Shown: positions 41,349 to 50,819, numbered from the stretch's first letter. The stretch is DNA of 54,686 nucleotides from an uncultured Oscillospiraceae bacterium (GCA_964570015.1 CAZMXF010000001.1:1-54686); one strand, 5' to 3'. Notes: generated from the letters alone by a model not told the origin. A program made the numbers and translations.

Positions 41349-44300
41349 TCAATGAACGAATTCGTCAAACGAACCGAACTTGTTGATGGTCTCTTTGGCT
41401 TCTTCAGCCAATGTTTCGAAATAGCTCATATCAATATCGTCTTCTTTGTGGAACTGCTGAACGTACTCAGCTTCCATCCAACGATATCCTTTTGAACCTG
41501 CCGCATAAGCATATTTTCCATTATTCTCTCGAACGAGTCTTCCGCCGCCCGTTCCGGGCTTCATCGGGCAGAAGAGACCCGCTCTTCCAACAAAGTGACA
41601 ATCATGGCCTCGTCTAATTTCATCTCTGACTTCAGTCAACCGAATATAATCAGCAAAGTAAGCATCCTTCGTATACTGCTCCAGCTTTTTGTCAGGAATA
41701 TCAACAAGCCTCGGGGCTTCGCCATCAACCAGCTTCTTGTGATTCTCATCATTGAGATCAAAGCCAGCTTTTGACCATTTCTTCAAGAGCTTATCTTCTT
41801 CTTTTTCAACAGCTGTACAATCTCCAAGATCTTCATCCATGTCCAAATATAATCCGAGACCGACCTTTACAGTCTGCGTAACGCACAGATCTCTAAACTC
41901 AAGAGGCTCATGGCTAAATAAAGTTTTGAAAACATACGGATTGCTTGCTTTCTTGAATTGGTCCCCAGTGCCTTCCCACTTCCCTGCCGACTTACCATTC
42001 GCTTTGTCTTCCGTATATTTGCAAATATAAACAGCATCATTCACAAGGCAAAGGCGATCAAACTTATGTTCAATCTCAAACGTGTAGCCAAACTTCTTGC
42101 CATAGTCATAGACAAACTGGAATATCTTTTCGTCAGGATGATCAATCTTAATACTGTCGGTCTTCACATGAATAACCTTGTATCCACGCTTCTGAACTTC
42201 CGTGAGCAGATCAATCATGAAGAGCGCTCCGCGCTTGGCAACCCAGTTGTCGACATTTCTCGGATCATGCAGTTTGTTCTCAAAGTGCGCCGCTGTCAAA
42301 CCATACACAGAGTTAATCGCGATCTTCAATGCGTATGAGAGCGCTGCAGCATCTTCCTCTGAAGTGAGATAAGGCGCAAGCGCCCCATTATAAAGCTTTC
42401 TGGCCTCATCAAACTGTTTATGCTTGATCATGAGTCTCAGATCTAAAAGACGCTTAAAGTTTTCTGTGTAAGGTCCAAAGCCATTCTCCGCTATAATCGA
42501 TGACGGATGGTGCGATGCACTGTCGTAGCATTCAGCGTCGTAGTACATGCCTGGTTCAGCATAGACAAAGCCGCCTTCTCCAGGGTCATAGCCTTTATAG
42601 ATCGATTTCCCAGATATAATTACATCTTCCGAAATATAACGGCTCCGATCGATGCCAAATGGATTAAACTCGTAACCAGGAAACTCTTTGCTGAGATCCG
42701 GATAAACAAACTGAGCCTGAGGATTCTTTTCATTGCCGACAATGAGCTTTGTGGTCAGAGTATTTGTCGTGTCATTTACGGTACTTCCAGGTCCAACCAG
42801 AATATTTGCCAGGTCAGCCAGGATCTGGCGTCCTTTAAAGTCCGCCTGGTTTGCCAGAAAGACAGCTTCAGTTGCAACAACGTCATTGATACAATACTCG
42901 GCAACCTGTTTCCACCTATCCTTCGGAACGGGCTGATCCCATGGAAGTCCTAGCTCCTGGTGATGAATGCCAAGCTCAATCTCCCATTTCTTCAAGCTCT
43001 GCTTCTTGGCACAGAAATCATAGACATCCGTGTAAGATAGATTGTAAGCTTCACGAATCTTATAAACATTCTTGCCTTTGGTCCCGCCTATAATGTTCTG
43101 TGACCTGACAAATAGTTCATACGGAGTTTCGCCCATAATGAGAGCCATTGCAATATGGTTATCGTAGTCTCTATTATTAAACCCGATCACGTTAAAGTCT
43201 CTGAATATCCTAAGGACTTCATCCGATGACGGATTTATCATAGAGAACGCCTTTTCATGAAGAGGTTTAACACAAAGAACAATCAGATTGGGAAACACCT
43301 CAAAATCAATGAACACAATCTTTTTGTCTTTTGTCTCCGGTATGATCTCAGATGGCTCTTCACTTCTGAACTTCATAGTTTCAACCTTGTCCAGACATTC
43401 CAGAGAGTGATGATGTGATGAAGCAGCAAATGCCAGCACAGATGATTTCATATCAGAAACATCATAGTGCATTCCACGCTCATAAGCATCATTTAGTACC
43501 TTTTCTATAAAGCTCACACAAGTAACTGTATAACCAGGCTCAACTTCTTTTCTTAAAGCTTTCTTAATTAGTGATCTTAAATGTTTTTCATCTTCAATTA
43601 CATAATCTTCGACCAATTTTACCTCCTTTTTAAGCGGCAAACCGGAACTGATCGTTGCAATCGGAATATCATTGCATCTGCTCAGCTTTCGTCTCAATGA
43701 CGACTTTCCGGTAAATACCTTAATCTCAACATCTTTTTCATAAACTGATGCAAGCTTACTAACATCTCCTGTGTAAACATACTCTAAATGAATCGCATTC
43801 CCACTCTTACTGAGTTCAGCATAAGTAGGCGGCCACTTGGAAGCGGCCTCCAAATTTAGCTTTAAAGACTTCTCCCCTGTCTCAGGATCCTTCTTGTCAA
43901 AGTCCACCGTAATATAATTATCAGGTGGCATGACATAGTGAAGTTCGGACGTATTAATGTCCGCAAGACAGGTTTCACATTTGTCCCAGGCAACTGATGG
44001 CTGATCACTTCCATCTGTCCGAATATAAGCTGTCTGGGCCGGCCACGAGGCACCAACCTTATCCAGCAGGCTCTCCGTCGTATTAAACTTCAGCCAACCC
44101 TCAGACTCTTCTTCTACCTGTTTCTCAAATATCCCGAACTTTTCAAGCTTCAGACCGCCATACCAGTTTCGAAGATACTTGTCTCCTTCATTGTAGCGTT
44201 CTTTAAACACTCTAAAATAATTTCGCAGTTCTTCTTTAAAGATTCGCTTTGAATAAGGATATGGAACTTTTGCATCACTTACATAAGCGTTATACTTAAA

Positions 44301-45329
44301 CCAAGCATCATTTAATGTTGTAGAGTCACTTTTTTTGAAGTCATCAAAGTATTCTTCCATAAAGTTATAGAAGTCATTTGTTGCTCCAATCATCACCTTT
44401 GGAATATAACTATCATAATAATGAGGATCCTCTTCGTAAACTCTAAGACAATGTTCAGCTATAGCGCCAAGTTCAAAATCAATGCCCTTGAGTAACTGAT
44501 TGTACTTTCTTAAAGGTATCAATTTTCCCGTAGGACTAACATCGATGAGTCTTCTTATAATACCTGACTTGGAATCTGTTATCTTTACGGGTCTATTTGT
44601 TCCAAGAAACAAAAATGTATGAAACGCCATGCCATACATTTTTCCATACTTAGTATTAACCGTCAGAGTCTCATGAGAAACCAGACTATTCAGCAAAGTA
44701 TTATCTTCAATTCTACTAAGATCGCCATCATGCTCAATCGCCACAAGCGGATTATCTTTTAAAGGCTCAAGAGCAAAATCATTGTTTGCACTACCAAGTG
44801 ATTTTGATTTAAACGGGGCGCAATAGCCATCAAACAGCTTTTCTATAATGTGAAGCACCGTTGACTTACCTGTTCCTGAATCTCCATAAAACACAAGAAA
44901 CTTTTGTATCCATCGAGAATCGCCGGAAATTATAGCACCTATTGCCCATTCTATCTTTCGCTTTTCTTCAGGAGCATAAAGAGTCCCAACAAGTTCATCC
45001 CAGCATTTATGGTCGCCTGGTTCAAGCGCATAGTTCAACCGTTTTGACGAATAATTTTCTCGACTTACAGGAGAATTAGAAAACACCAAAGTATCATCTA
45101 ATGGATGAAAATTTTCGTTCGCTTGTTTTTGAACGTATTTGTTCCATTTATCAATAGACCCTGAATCAGTATCCCACAAATATAATACTTTTGCATTTTC
45201 AAGAACTGCATTTGCCTTTTGAAACTTGTCCATTTCGGCATCAATTAAATCAGTAGCATCATCCGGGTCAGTTGACCAACGTCCTTTATCGGCATCCCAA
45301 ATTGCATAAAAGTCTCCGCCTCGAATCAT
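41349..45329 (-). CDS. fusion protein: D5-like SF3 helicase + AEP primase-polymerase domain + family-B DNA polymerase
   Basis: 1,326 aa.
- Helicase: Walker A ..FYGDSGTGKST...
- AEP motifs: ..ITVDFDKKD.. and ..SGNAIHLEY...
- PolB exonuclease motifs: Exo I FIDFEVF, Exo II GFNNRDYD, Exo III YCINDVVAT.
- PolB polymerase motifs: motif A YDSASHHPSSI, motif B KIAINSVYG, motif C HVKTDSI. Confidence 0.75.
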   Translation of the reverse strand: MIRGGDFYAIWDADKGRWSTDPDDATDLIDAEMDKFQKANAVLENAKVLYLWDTDSGSIDKWNKYVQKQANENFHPLDDTLVFSNSPVSRENYSSKRLNYALEPGDHKCWDELVGTLYAPEEKRKIEWAIGAIISGDSRWIQKFLVFYGDSGTGKSTVLHIIEKLFDGYCAPFKSKSLGSANNDFALEPLKDNPLVAIEHDGDLSRIEDNTLLNSLVSHETLTVNTKYGKMYGMAFHTFLFLGTNRPVKITDSKSGIIRRLIDVSPTGKLIPLRKYNQLLKGIDFELGAIAEHCLRVYEEDPHYYDSYIPKVMIGATNDFYNFMEEYFDDFKKSDSTTLNDAWFKYNAYVSDAKVPYPYSKRIFKEELRNYFRVFKERYNEGDKYLRNWYGGLKLEKFGIFEKQVEEESEGWLKFNTTESLLDKVGASWPAQTAYIRTDGSDQPSVAWDKCETCLADINTSELHYVMPPDNYITVDFDKKDPETGEKSLKLNLEAASKWPPTYAELSKSGNAIHLEYVYTGDVSKLASVYEKDVEIKVFTGKSSLRRKLSRCNDIPIATISSGLPLKKEVKLVEDYVIEDEKHLRSLIKKALRKEVEPGYTVTCVSFIEKVLNDAYERGMHYDVSDMKSSVLAFAASSHHHSLECLDKVETMKFRSEEPSEIIPETKDKKIVFIDFEVFPNLIVLCVKPLHEKAFSMINPSSDEVLRIFRDFNVIGFNNRDYDNHIAMALIMGETPYELFVRSQNIIGGTKGKNVYKIREAYNLSYTDVYDFCAKKQSLKKWEIELGIHHQELGLPWDQPVPKDRWKQVAEYCINDVVATEAVFLANQADFKGRQILADLANILVGPGSTVNDTTNTLTTKLIVGNEKNPQAQFVYPDLSKEFPGYEFNPFGIDRSRYISEDVIISGKSIYKGYDPGEGGFVYAEPGMYYDAECYDSASHHPSSIIAENGFGPYTENFKRLLDLRLMIKHKQFDEARKLYNGALAPYLTSEEDAAALSYALKIAINSVYGLTAAHFENKLHDPRNVDNWVAKRGALFMIDLLTEVQKRGYKVIHVKTDSIKIDHPDEKIFQFVYDYGKKFGYTFEIEHKFDRLCLVNDAVYICKYTEDKANGKSAGKWEGTGDQFKKASNPYVFKTLFSHEPLEFRDLCVTQTVKVGLGLYLDMDEDLGDCTAVEKEEDKLLKKWSKAGFDLNDENHKKLVDGEAPRLVDIPDKKLEQYTKDAYFADYIRLTEVRDEIRRGHDCHFVGRAGLFCPMKPGTGGGRLVRENNGKYAYAAGSKGYRWMEAEYVQQFHKEDDIDMSYFETLAEEAKETINKFGSFDEFVH

Positions 45330-45456
45330 AAGATCTTTACTTTTCTTAGCAATAAACTTAGGATAAATTTCAGGTCGTGCATCTTTTTTCGCTCCTGGCC
45401 TGCATTCAATTTTAACGAAATCCGTAATTTAACCTCCTTCCTTCAAAAATTGGTTA

Positions 45457-45548
45457 GTGTCACTTTTGTCTGTTTTTTTCCGTACTCTTTTATATAAAAA
45501 TACTTTTTCTCACGCAATAGGAGCAAAAAAAAGTGACAAAAGTGACAC
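45457..45548 (-). promoter_or_regulatory. promoter of the replication operon bracketed by inverted operator-like sites
   Basis: On the minus strand: -35 TTGCGT (45512-45517), 17-nt spacer, -10 TATAAA (45489-45494). GTGTCACTTTTGTC (45457-45470) is the reverse complement of GACAAAAGTGACAC (45535-45548). Confidence 0.5.
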
Positions 45549-45561
45549 CTAGCACCGATTT

Positions 45562-45762
45562 TTATGCATTTTCGCCTTCATTTTTCAAACGTTGCTTACG
45601 AAACTCCCGAATTATATAAATGAGTGCTTCGTCTGTTTTGAGGCCAAATTTGTTCTTAACACGAAGTATTTCTCCATAATCTCCAAGTCTCACACTGACG
45701 TCTCCAAGTCTGGCGGTTTCATCATATTCGTATTCTTCATATCCAACATCTTTGTCAAGCAT
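45562..45762 (-). CDS. small acidic/basic protein, possible regulator
   Basis: 66 aa with RBS AAAGGAGA. It lies immediately upstream of the operator-flanked promoter. Confidence 0.55.
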   Translation of the reverse strand: MLDKDVGYEEYEYDETARLGDVSVRLGDYGEILRVKNKFGLKTDEALIYIIREFRKQRLKNEGENA

Positions 45763-45774
45763 TTCGGTCTCCTT

Positions 45775-46293
45775 TCAATGATAAAAATTTTCAATACAAT
45801 ACTGATTCAGCTGCCACCAAAGGTCCATTTTCCGCATATCAGTCTCGATTCCTGAGCACGGAAACATTCCTCCCTGCCCATCTTGAGCATATTTTCTATG
45901 CATAAAAACGTCCAAAATATAATCGACTGCACGGGCGTTATAACCATAGTCATCATAAATATCAAGGCCCAGATTCTCGATCATCATCCAAAACCACGAC
46001 CTTGTCTGATCCCCAACCAAAGGATCATACATGATATCACTATCGGTCTTTCGCGCCAGTGCAATCATCATTTCCAGGACACTACATCCCATGGCCATAC
46101 TGAAGTCAGGATAGCCGATTTCCTTTCCAAATAACTTGCGAAGATTGAGTCCTCCTGCCGCACGATTTTCGTCGTAATCAACCTCCCATACAAACTCTGT
46201 TATATAAAGATGATACAGAAGTTTCTGATAGTTCATTTGCAAGTATTCATCATCCAGGAGACCGACTAACCAACGATAATATGCGTCATCCAT
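45775..46293 (-). CDS. hypothetical protein
   Basis: 172-aa ORF with RBS GAGGAGG. No motif was recognised. Confidence 0.65.
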   Translation of the reverse strand: MDDAYYRWLVGLLDDEYLQMNYQKLLYHLYITEFVWEVDYDENRAAGGLNLRKLFGKEIGYPDFSMAMGCSVLEMMIALARKTDSDIMYDPLVGDQTRSWFWMMIENLGLDIYDDYGYNARAVDYILDVFMHRKYAQDGQGGMFPCSGIETDMRKMDLWWQLNQYCIENFYH

Positions 46294-46299
46294 CGGCTA

Positions 46300-46899
46300 T
46301 CAATCCTCCTCTACAAAGTCTCCATACTCATCAGAATATAATCCATCCTCGACTCTGATTTCATTTATGAGGCTAAGCTGTTTGTCATATACAAGCGACG
46401 TTGAGTCAAATATAATTCCGATATACTGATCCCAGTCCTTGCCGAGAACCTTATCCGGATTTCTAATGATCGTGCCATCTTCTAAGCAGACAGTTCCATC
46501 GCCCTTATAGAAAATATAATAACCTCTTCCGTAAGACTTGTCGTCCAGCTCACTCTTGTTAACAACTGGCACAAAACGCTCATCATCTGGCAAATCAGAA
46601 ACAACTTCAGGAGTAACAGGAGTCATATCAAGATCCCTCACGAGAGCTGAGTAATTGGTCTTATGAGTGTCCGGTTTTACCCTTTTTTCACTAATTTCAT
46701 GAACTTTTTCGCCCATAATGAACGGAACCTCATCAGTGCCCTCTAAATCCTCTGAAATGGCCTCAGAATCGCTTGTACGGGCATTTTCAACGTCAGTCGA
46801 TATCTCGCTCAGCTTTTTCTTAATCTCCTTACGCAGGCATATGAGCGTAATTCCGGCGCCTACCGCACAACCACCAAGAAATATAATTAGATTCTTCAT
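46300..46899 (-). CDS. N-terminally anchored membrane protein
   Basis: 199 aa with a TM segment at residues ~4-22. ATGA overlap with the upstream gene. Confidence 0.65.
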   Translation of the reverse strand: MKNLIIFLGGCAVGAGITLICLRKEIKKKLSEISTDVENARTSDSEAISEDLEGTDEVPFIMGEKVHEISEKRVKPDTHKTNYSALVRDLDMTPVTPEVVSDLPDDERFVPVVNKSELDDKSYGRGYYIFYKGDGTVCLEDGTIIRNPDKVLGKDWDQYIGIIFDSTSLVYDKQLSLINEIRVEDGLYSDEYGDFVEED

Positions 46900-47852
46900 C
46901 AGATCATTCCTTTCAGCGGATAGAAGTTAAAATCGAGTCTGAGACACGGTTTATACACAAAAGAGTTCTTCTCCACATCCCAGATCTTTTCGTAGCCTTC
47001 CAAACGGGTAACTTCAAGTCGCGCTCCTTTTCTTGAACAGCCAACGTCGATAAGATCTTCAGTAATATATTCTTCTCTGAATCCGAGCTGTCTTAGAATC
47101 TCTGCCCCTGAATAGAACTTGGCAACGCCAACTTCAAGGTCCTTTCGAATGTTTTCAACTCTCGAATCCAGGAAATAATCAGCATAGGACCGAATATCAA
47201 ACGCATCGCAGGTCAGCTCATTAAAGTTCCTTGCATAGATCGACCCCGGCTGATTAATAAAGACATCGGCTTTTTTCTCAACGATTTTCTCCTGACCGGT
47301 TACAGGATCTTTCTCAATTACCTGAACCATGCCTTCCTGGGCGCCAAGATAGATTTTTTCCTCGGTTTCCTTACCAACAGCATCCTGAACTCTGCCACGG
47401 TATTCGTTAAATAGTTGCTGAACTGCCACAGAATTCGCTAAAAGCCGTGTATTTCGCACTCTAAGCTCTTTATGAGCCCCAAAGACACTCAGAGCACCAG
47501 CACTCCACAAAAGCGCAGGAACAGCGTAAATACGGCCAATTTTGAGACCGGCTTTCAGGTAAATTCCCAGATATCTCTTACCTTTCTCAGCCTTTTCTGC
47601 CTTTGTGAGTTCTTTCTTTTCCGTGCCCTCACAGACTTCGTCGAGCCTTTCCTGGGCTTTGATCGCATCATTAGTAGCATCGATAACTTCCTTCGCTTCC
47701 GGAGTTTTCATGCATGCATAAACAGTTCCAACCAAAAGGGATACACCGCCGGCAATAAGCATGAGTTCAGGTCTCGTTTCGATAACCTTTCTTCCAACGA
47801 CTTTCATTGTGGATTTCCATGCACCGGACTTAAAGTAATTAATAGGATTCAT
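46899..47852 (-). CDS. two-TM paralog family member 1
   Basis: 317 aa. Architecture: TM1, then K-T-P-E-A-K.., a charged helix, a Gly/Ala-rich TM2 (..WSAGALSVFGAHK..), and a variable C-terminal domain. Confidence 0.7.
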   Translation of the reverse strand: MNPINYFKSGAWKSTMKVVGRKVIETRPELMLIAGGVSLLVGTVYACMKTPEAKEVIDATNDAIKAQERLDEVCEGTEKKELTKAEKAEKGKRYLGIYLKAGLKIGRIYAVPALLWSAGALSVFGAHKELRVRNTRLLANSVAVQQLFNEYRGRVQDAVGKETEEKIYLGAQEGMVQVIEKDPVTGQEKIVEKKADVFINQPGSIYARNFNELTCDAFDIRSYADYFLDSRVENIRKDLEVGVAKFYSGAEILRQLGFREEYITEDLIDVGCSRKGARLEVTRLEGYEKIWDVEKNSFVYKPCLRLDFNFYPLKGMI

Positions 47853-48115
47853 TTTCGCTCTCCTTCATATAAAATAACGTCCTCTGTTTGAGGGTTGTAA
47901 AATATAATTTCATAGCCTGCTTTTTTGGCTATATTGCGGATTTCTTCAAAGGTGAAACTGTTAGACCATAATTTGTGGACTACAGAATCTTTCGTGAAAT
48001 GCATAGCGGCGGCAAGAGTTTTGTTTGTTAATCCTGCCTTCTTTTTAAACTTTACAATGAGTTTTGATAACGGACGATCTTTGTAAACGTCGTAATACTC
48101 ACTTTCGGTTGCCAT
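47849..48115 (-). CDS. small HTH-like protein
   Basis: 88 aa. Contains ..GLTNKTLAAAMHFTKDSVVHKLW.., which resembles an HTH. Confidence 0.55.
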   Translation of the reverse strand: MATESEYYDVYKDRPLSKLIVKFKKKAGLTNKTLAAAMHFTKDSVVHKLWSNSFTFEEIRNIAKKAGYEIIFYNPQTEDVILYEGERK

Positions 48116-48119
48116 ACTT

Positions 48120-48734
48120 CTACCTCATCTGATTAATACTCACAGGAGGCGGGAAGTCAATAATCCACCGGCCATTAGACGTTGGTACAGGATGAGCAGT
48201 TTCAAGGTTATACCAGCCAGTTCCCTGAATCGTCCAGTTTTCTACAGGAGGTGTATATCCGACATCCGCATAAAAATCAGCAATACGTACTTTCCCATAC
48301 TTCGCGATCATAGTTTTCAGGCGATCGATCTGATAGAGTGCATTGTCTTTGGAATCGAAGGAAATATCATTGATTCCGTAGCCATACTGTCCGCCATATA
48401 CAGCTCCCTGAGTCTGCGCATAAAACTGTCCGCCCTGCCCACGAGCCATTGCTGAGTAATCTCTCTGAGCACCACCATACTTTCGCTCAAGCGGGTTTGC
48501 TGTGTCACGAACAGATCCGTAAACAGCCATCCCAGCAGCACCGATAATAGATTTGTAAATAAGGTCACGAATAGCCGGCCCCAGTACGTCGTATGTAATA
48601 TAATTGCCAATACTATCGATCTTATCCGAGAAGAGAAAATCTACAACTCTCTTCAGAATAGGCTTTTTCTCCACTTTAAACTGTCCTCGGAGTTTGTTTT
48701 CTTCCATAACAGGTTCTTTATTATAGTCTGCCAT
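48120..48734 (-). CDS. hypothetical protein
   Basis: 204 aa with a Gly/Tyr/Gln-rich centre. No motif was recognised. Confidence 0.65.
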   Translation of the reverse strand: MADYNKEPVMEENKLRGQFKVEKKPILKRVVDFLFSDKIDSIGNYITYDVLGPAIRDLIYKSIIGAAGMAVYGSVRDTANPLERKYGGAQRDYSAMARGQGGQFYAQTQGAVYGGQYGYGINDISFDSKDNALYQIDRLKTMIAKYGKVRIADFYADVGYTPPVENWTIQGTGWYNLETAHPVPTSNGRWIIDFPPPVSINQMR

Positions 48735-48918
48735 TATTTTCCTCCTTTTGCTGGCTTCTGAAACCTACCTGATTAAGCGCCGGGATCAAAAGAAACCATA
48801 ATAATGCCATTTTCTCGAACCAGACCGAGGCAAAAACTATACCAATGGTCATTACTATGTTCTCAATAGCCCGACAAATGATATAAACGTTAAATGAACG
48901 CGTGATTTTGTCTACCAT
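48721..48918 (-). CDS. small two-TM membrane protein
   Basis: Start at ATG 48918, 5 nt after GGAAGGAG. 65 aa. Confidence 0.55.
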   Translation of the reverse strand: MVDKITRSFNVYIICRAIENIVMTIGIVFASVWFEKMALLWFLLIPALNQVGFRSQQKEENNGRL

Positions 48919-48944
48919 TTGGGCTCCTTCCAAAATATAATTGC

Positions 48945-48978
48945 AAAAAGAAAAGGGAAAGTAGCTGTTAAAGCTACT
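48945..48978 (-). terminator. intrinsic terminator
   Basis: AGTAGC (48960-48965) pairs with GCTACT (48973-48978), followed on the minus strand by TTCCCTTTTCTTTTT. Confidence 0.5.
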
Positions 48979-49002
48979 CGCCCTAGATCATAATCTCAAT
49001 CA

Positions 49003-49419
49003 TTAGTCTTCCTTCGGGGATTCCATACTTGCAGAGTCTTCCGTTACAGGAACTGATTCTTCGATCGGCTTCCACTCTGCTTCCTGGGGCGGGAGGGCCA
49101 TAGTCTGATCATCCTCGTCAATGTCTTTCTGATCATTCAGAGCAGAGCTGAGAAGCATTCCACCAGCGATTCCAACTCCAACTGCAAGTCCGATGCCGAG
49201 TTTTTTGCCGAATTTCTTCAGCTTAGACTCTACTTTCGGCTCTTCAGCCTTTGTTTCCTCGCTTTTGGTTTCCTTCTTTGGCTCCTTCTGAGCTTTCCGA
49301 ATTTCCAATCCGAAGAGTTTCACAACCTTTTCCTTCTTAACCTCAGTTTCAACAGAGGTTTCAGCCTCTTTGACTTCCTCAACAACCTGATTCTCGTTCA
49401 TTTCAACTGCGTTTTTCAT
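49003..49419 (-). CDS. Lys/Glu-rich protein with C-proximal TM segment
   Basis: 138 aa with RBS AAGGAG. It is preceded by type-1 copy D and an AATTATATTT box. Confidence 0.65.
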   Translation of the reverse strand: MKNAVEMNENQVVEEVKEAETSVETEVKKEKVVKLFGLEIRKAQKEPKKETKSEETKAEEPKVESKLKKFGKKLGIGLAVGVGIAGGMLLSSALNDQKDIDEDDQTMALPPQEAEWKPIEESVPVTEDSASMESPKED

Positions 49420-49452
49420 GGTTTTAACTCCTTAAAATATAATTATTTGAGA

Positions 49453-49486
49453 TCTCTCTCATCATAATAGCTGTGTTTTTTACGAA
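49453..49486 (-). promoter_or_regulatory. type-1 promoter-like motif, copy D
   Basis: Minus strand reads TTCGTAAAAAACACAGCTATTATGATGAGAGAGA. Confidence 0.4.
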
Positions 49487-49500
49487 TTTTTATCATATGT

Positions 49501-49596
49501 TTAGAGAGGATGCCCACAATAAACGCAGAAATTAGCCGTTAGTACCATCTGCCATTGCCATTTTTTGCATTGAGGACAATAAAACCACTTCAACAT
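49501..49596 (-). CDS. 31-aa zinc-ribbon mini-protein (not in ORF track)
   Basis: The protein is MLKWFYCPQCKKWQWQMVLTANFCVYCGHPL. GAAAGGA lies 7 nt before the ATG at 49596. Confidence 0.4.
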   Translation of the reverse strand: MLKWFYCPQCKKWQWQMVLTANFCVYCGHPL

Positions 49597-49675
49597 AATT
49601 AAATCCTTTCAAAATATAATTAATTCCCGAATTCTGCCTCTCTGGACAGTCCTTAATTCAGGTTTTTTAAGGAGG

Positions 49676-50605
49676 TTATGATGGATAGCGTTCCAAAAGT
49701 TCTGACGATGGAGCCAGATATTCCCGATAATCAATGTAACACAGAACTGGATATGTATTATCAGGATCCATGTACTTCTTGTATGTGAGAATATCGTTCG
49801 GTCTAAGAAGATCAGAATCCCCACGATATGCGCGAAATTCCAGAAGATCGCCAAGTCCTGTTGTCGAAAGTCCCTCAGCCTCGCCAATATCTTCAAGGAA
49901 TACGTTCATTTCTTCCTTAGCACAAATATTAATGTCTTCCATGCCATTATAGTGAGGACTACCATCGCATACGGCAAATGGCAATTCTCTCTTAAATTCC
50001 TGGTTATAGAGAGTTCTCATATGTTGATTAAATTGGGTAATGCCATTCATGACATCAACGATGTTCCCTTTCCATTTAACGCCTGTAACGGTGTCAATGA
50101 AGAGCGTAGTTCCCTCTCCAGGAACGCCAGGAACCCATTTGTCGTAATCTTCCTCAGGATAATCGTTCTCAATAATGTCATTCTTCAGACTGGCGAGTTC
50201 TTTTTCGCCATCGGGTTTCTTGAGAATAGCTTTACGAAGCTTATCACTATCATCGCGATAAAACTGTGTAAGCATATACATTTCAGCAAGTCGAGAAAGG
50301 TCAATCTTATGCGCACCGATAGCGAGCCCGGTCGAGACCACTCCACATGCACCTGCGATCCAACAGTGTTTTCCATAAATTACCGCCTTATCCTTTACAT
50401 TAAGAGGTTCTTTCTCATCCTCTTTGCGTTTGTTCTCTTCATATTCAATTTCCTTCTGTGCGTTCGGAGCTTCTTTAGCCACCAGAATCGCTGTTACCCA
50501 GAAACCAATAATGCTCCCGCCAATCATTATCGACGGGAGATTCTTTTTGCTAAACGTTACTGCACCTTTTGCAGCCTGCTTGATCCAGTTAAGATTCAGA
50601 TTCAT
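49676..50605 (-). CDS. two-TM paralog family member 2
   Basis: Start reassigned to ATG 50605 (GGAGGAG 7 nt upstream). Same TM1 / charged helix / Gly-Ala TM2 (..GACGVVSTGLAIGAHK..) layout as member 1. Confidence 0.7.
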   Translation of the reverse strand: MNLNLNWIKQAAKGAVTFSKKNLPSIMIGGSIIGFWVTAILVAKEAPNAQKEIEYEENKRKEDEKEPLNVKDKAVIYGKHCWIAGACGVVSTGLAIGAHKIDLSRLAEMYMLTQFYRDDSDKLRKAILKKPDGEKELASLKNDIIENDYPEEDYDKWVPGVPGEGTTLFIDTVTGVKWKGNIVDVMNGITQFNQHMRTLYNQEFKRELPFAVCDGSPHYNGMEDINICAKEEMNVFLEDIGEAEGLSTTGLGDLLEFRAYRGDSDLLRPNDILTYKKYMDPDNTYPVLCYIDYREYLAPSSELLERYPS

Positions 50606-50819
50606 TCGTCTGCTCCTCCTTATGTTCTTTGTGCGCATTTCTAACGGCGTCAATCACAATAAATGGCCATTCTAATGATACGAGCGTAATCGCCTCAGCA
50701 AGCTCTGTAATTAACATTTTATTATTCAAAAGTTCTGGTTTATTTTTGAACGTTTCATGCGCACAAATGCAACTGATGATGACACCAATTCCAAGATATG
50801 CTTTCACAAATTTAGGCAT
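50589..50819 (-). CDS. small two-TM membrane protein
   Basis: 76 aa. The leader CATGAACTTGAAAGGAGAGCC is repeated in inverted orientation at 34989-35009. Confidence 0.6.
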   Translation of the reverse strand: MPKFVKAYLGIGVIISCICAHETFKNKPELLNNKMLITELAEAITLVSLEWPFIVIDAVRNAHKEHKEEQTNESES

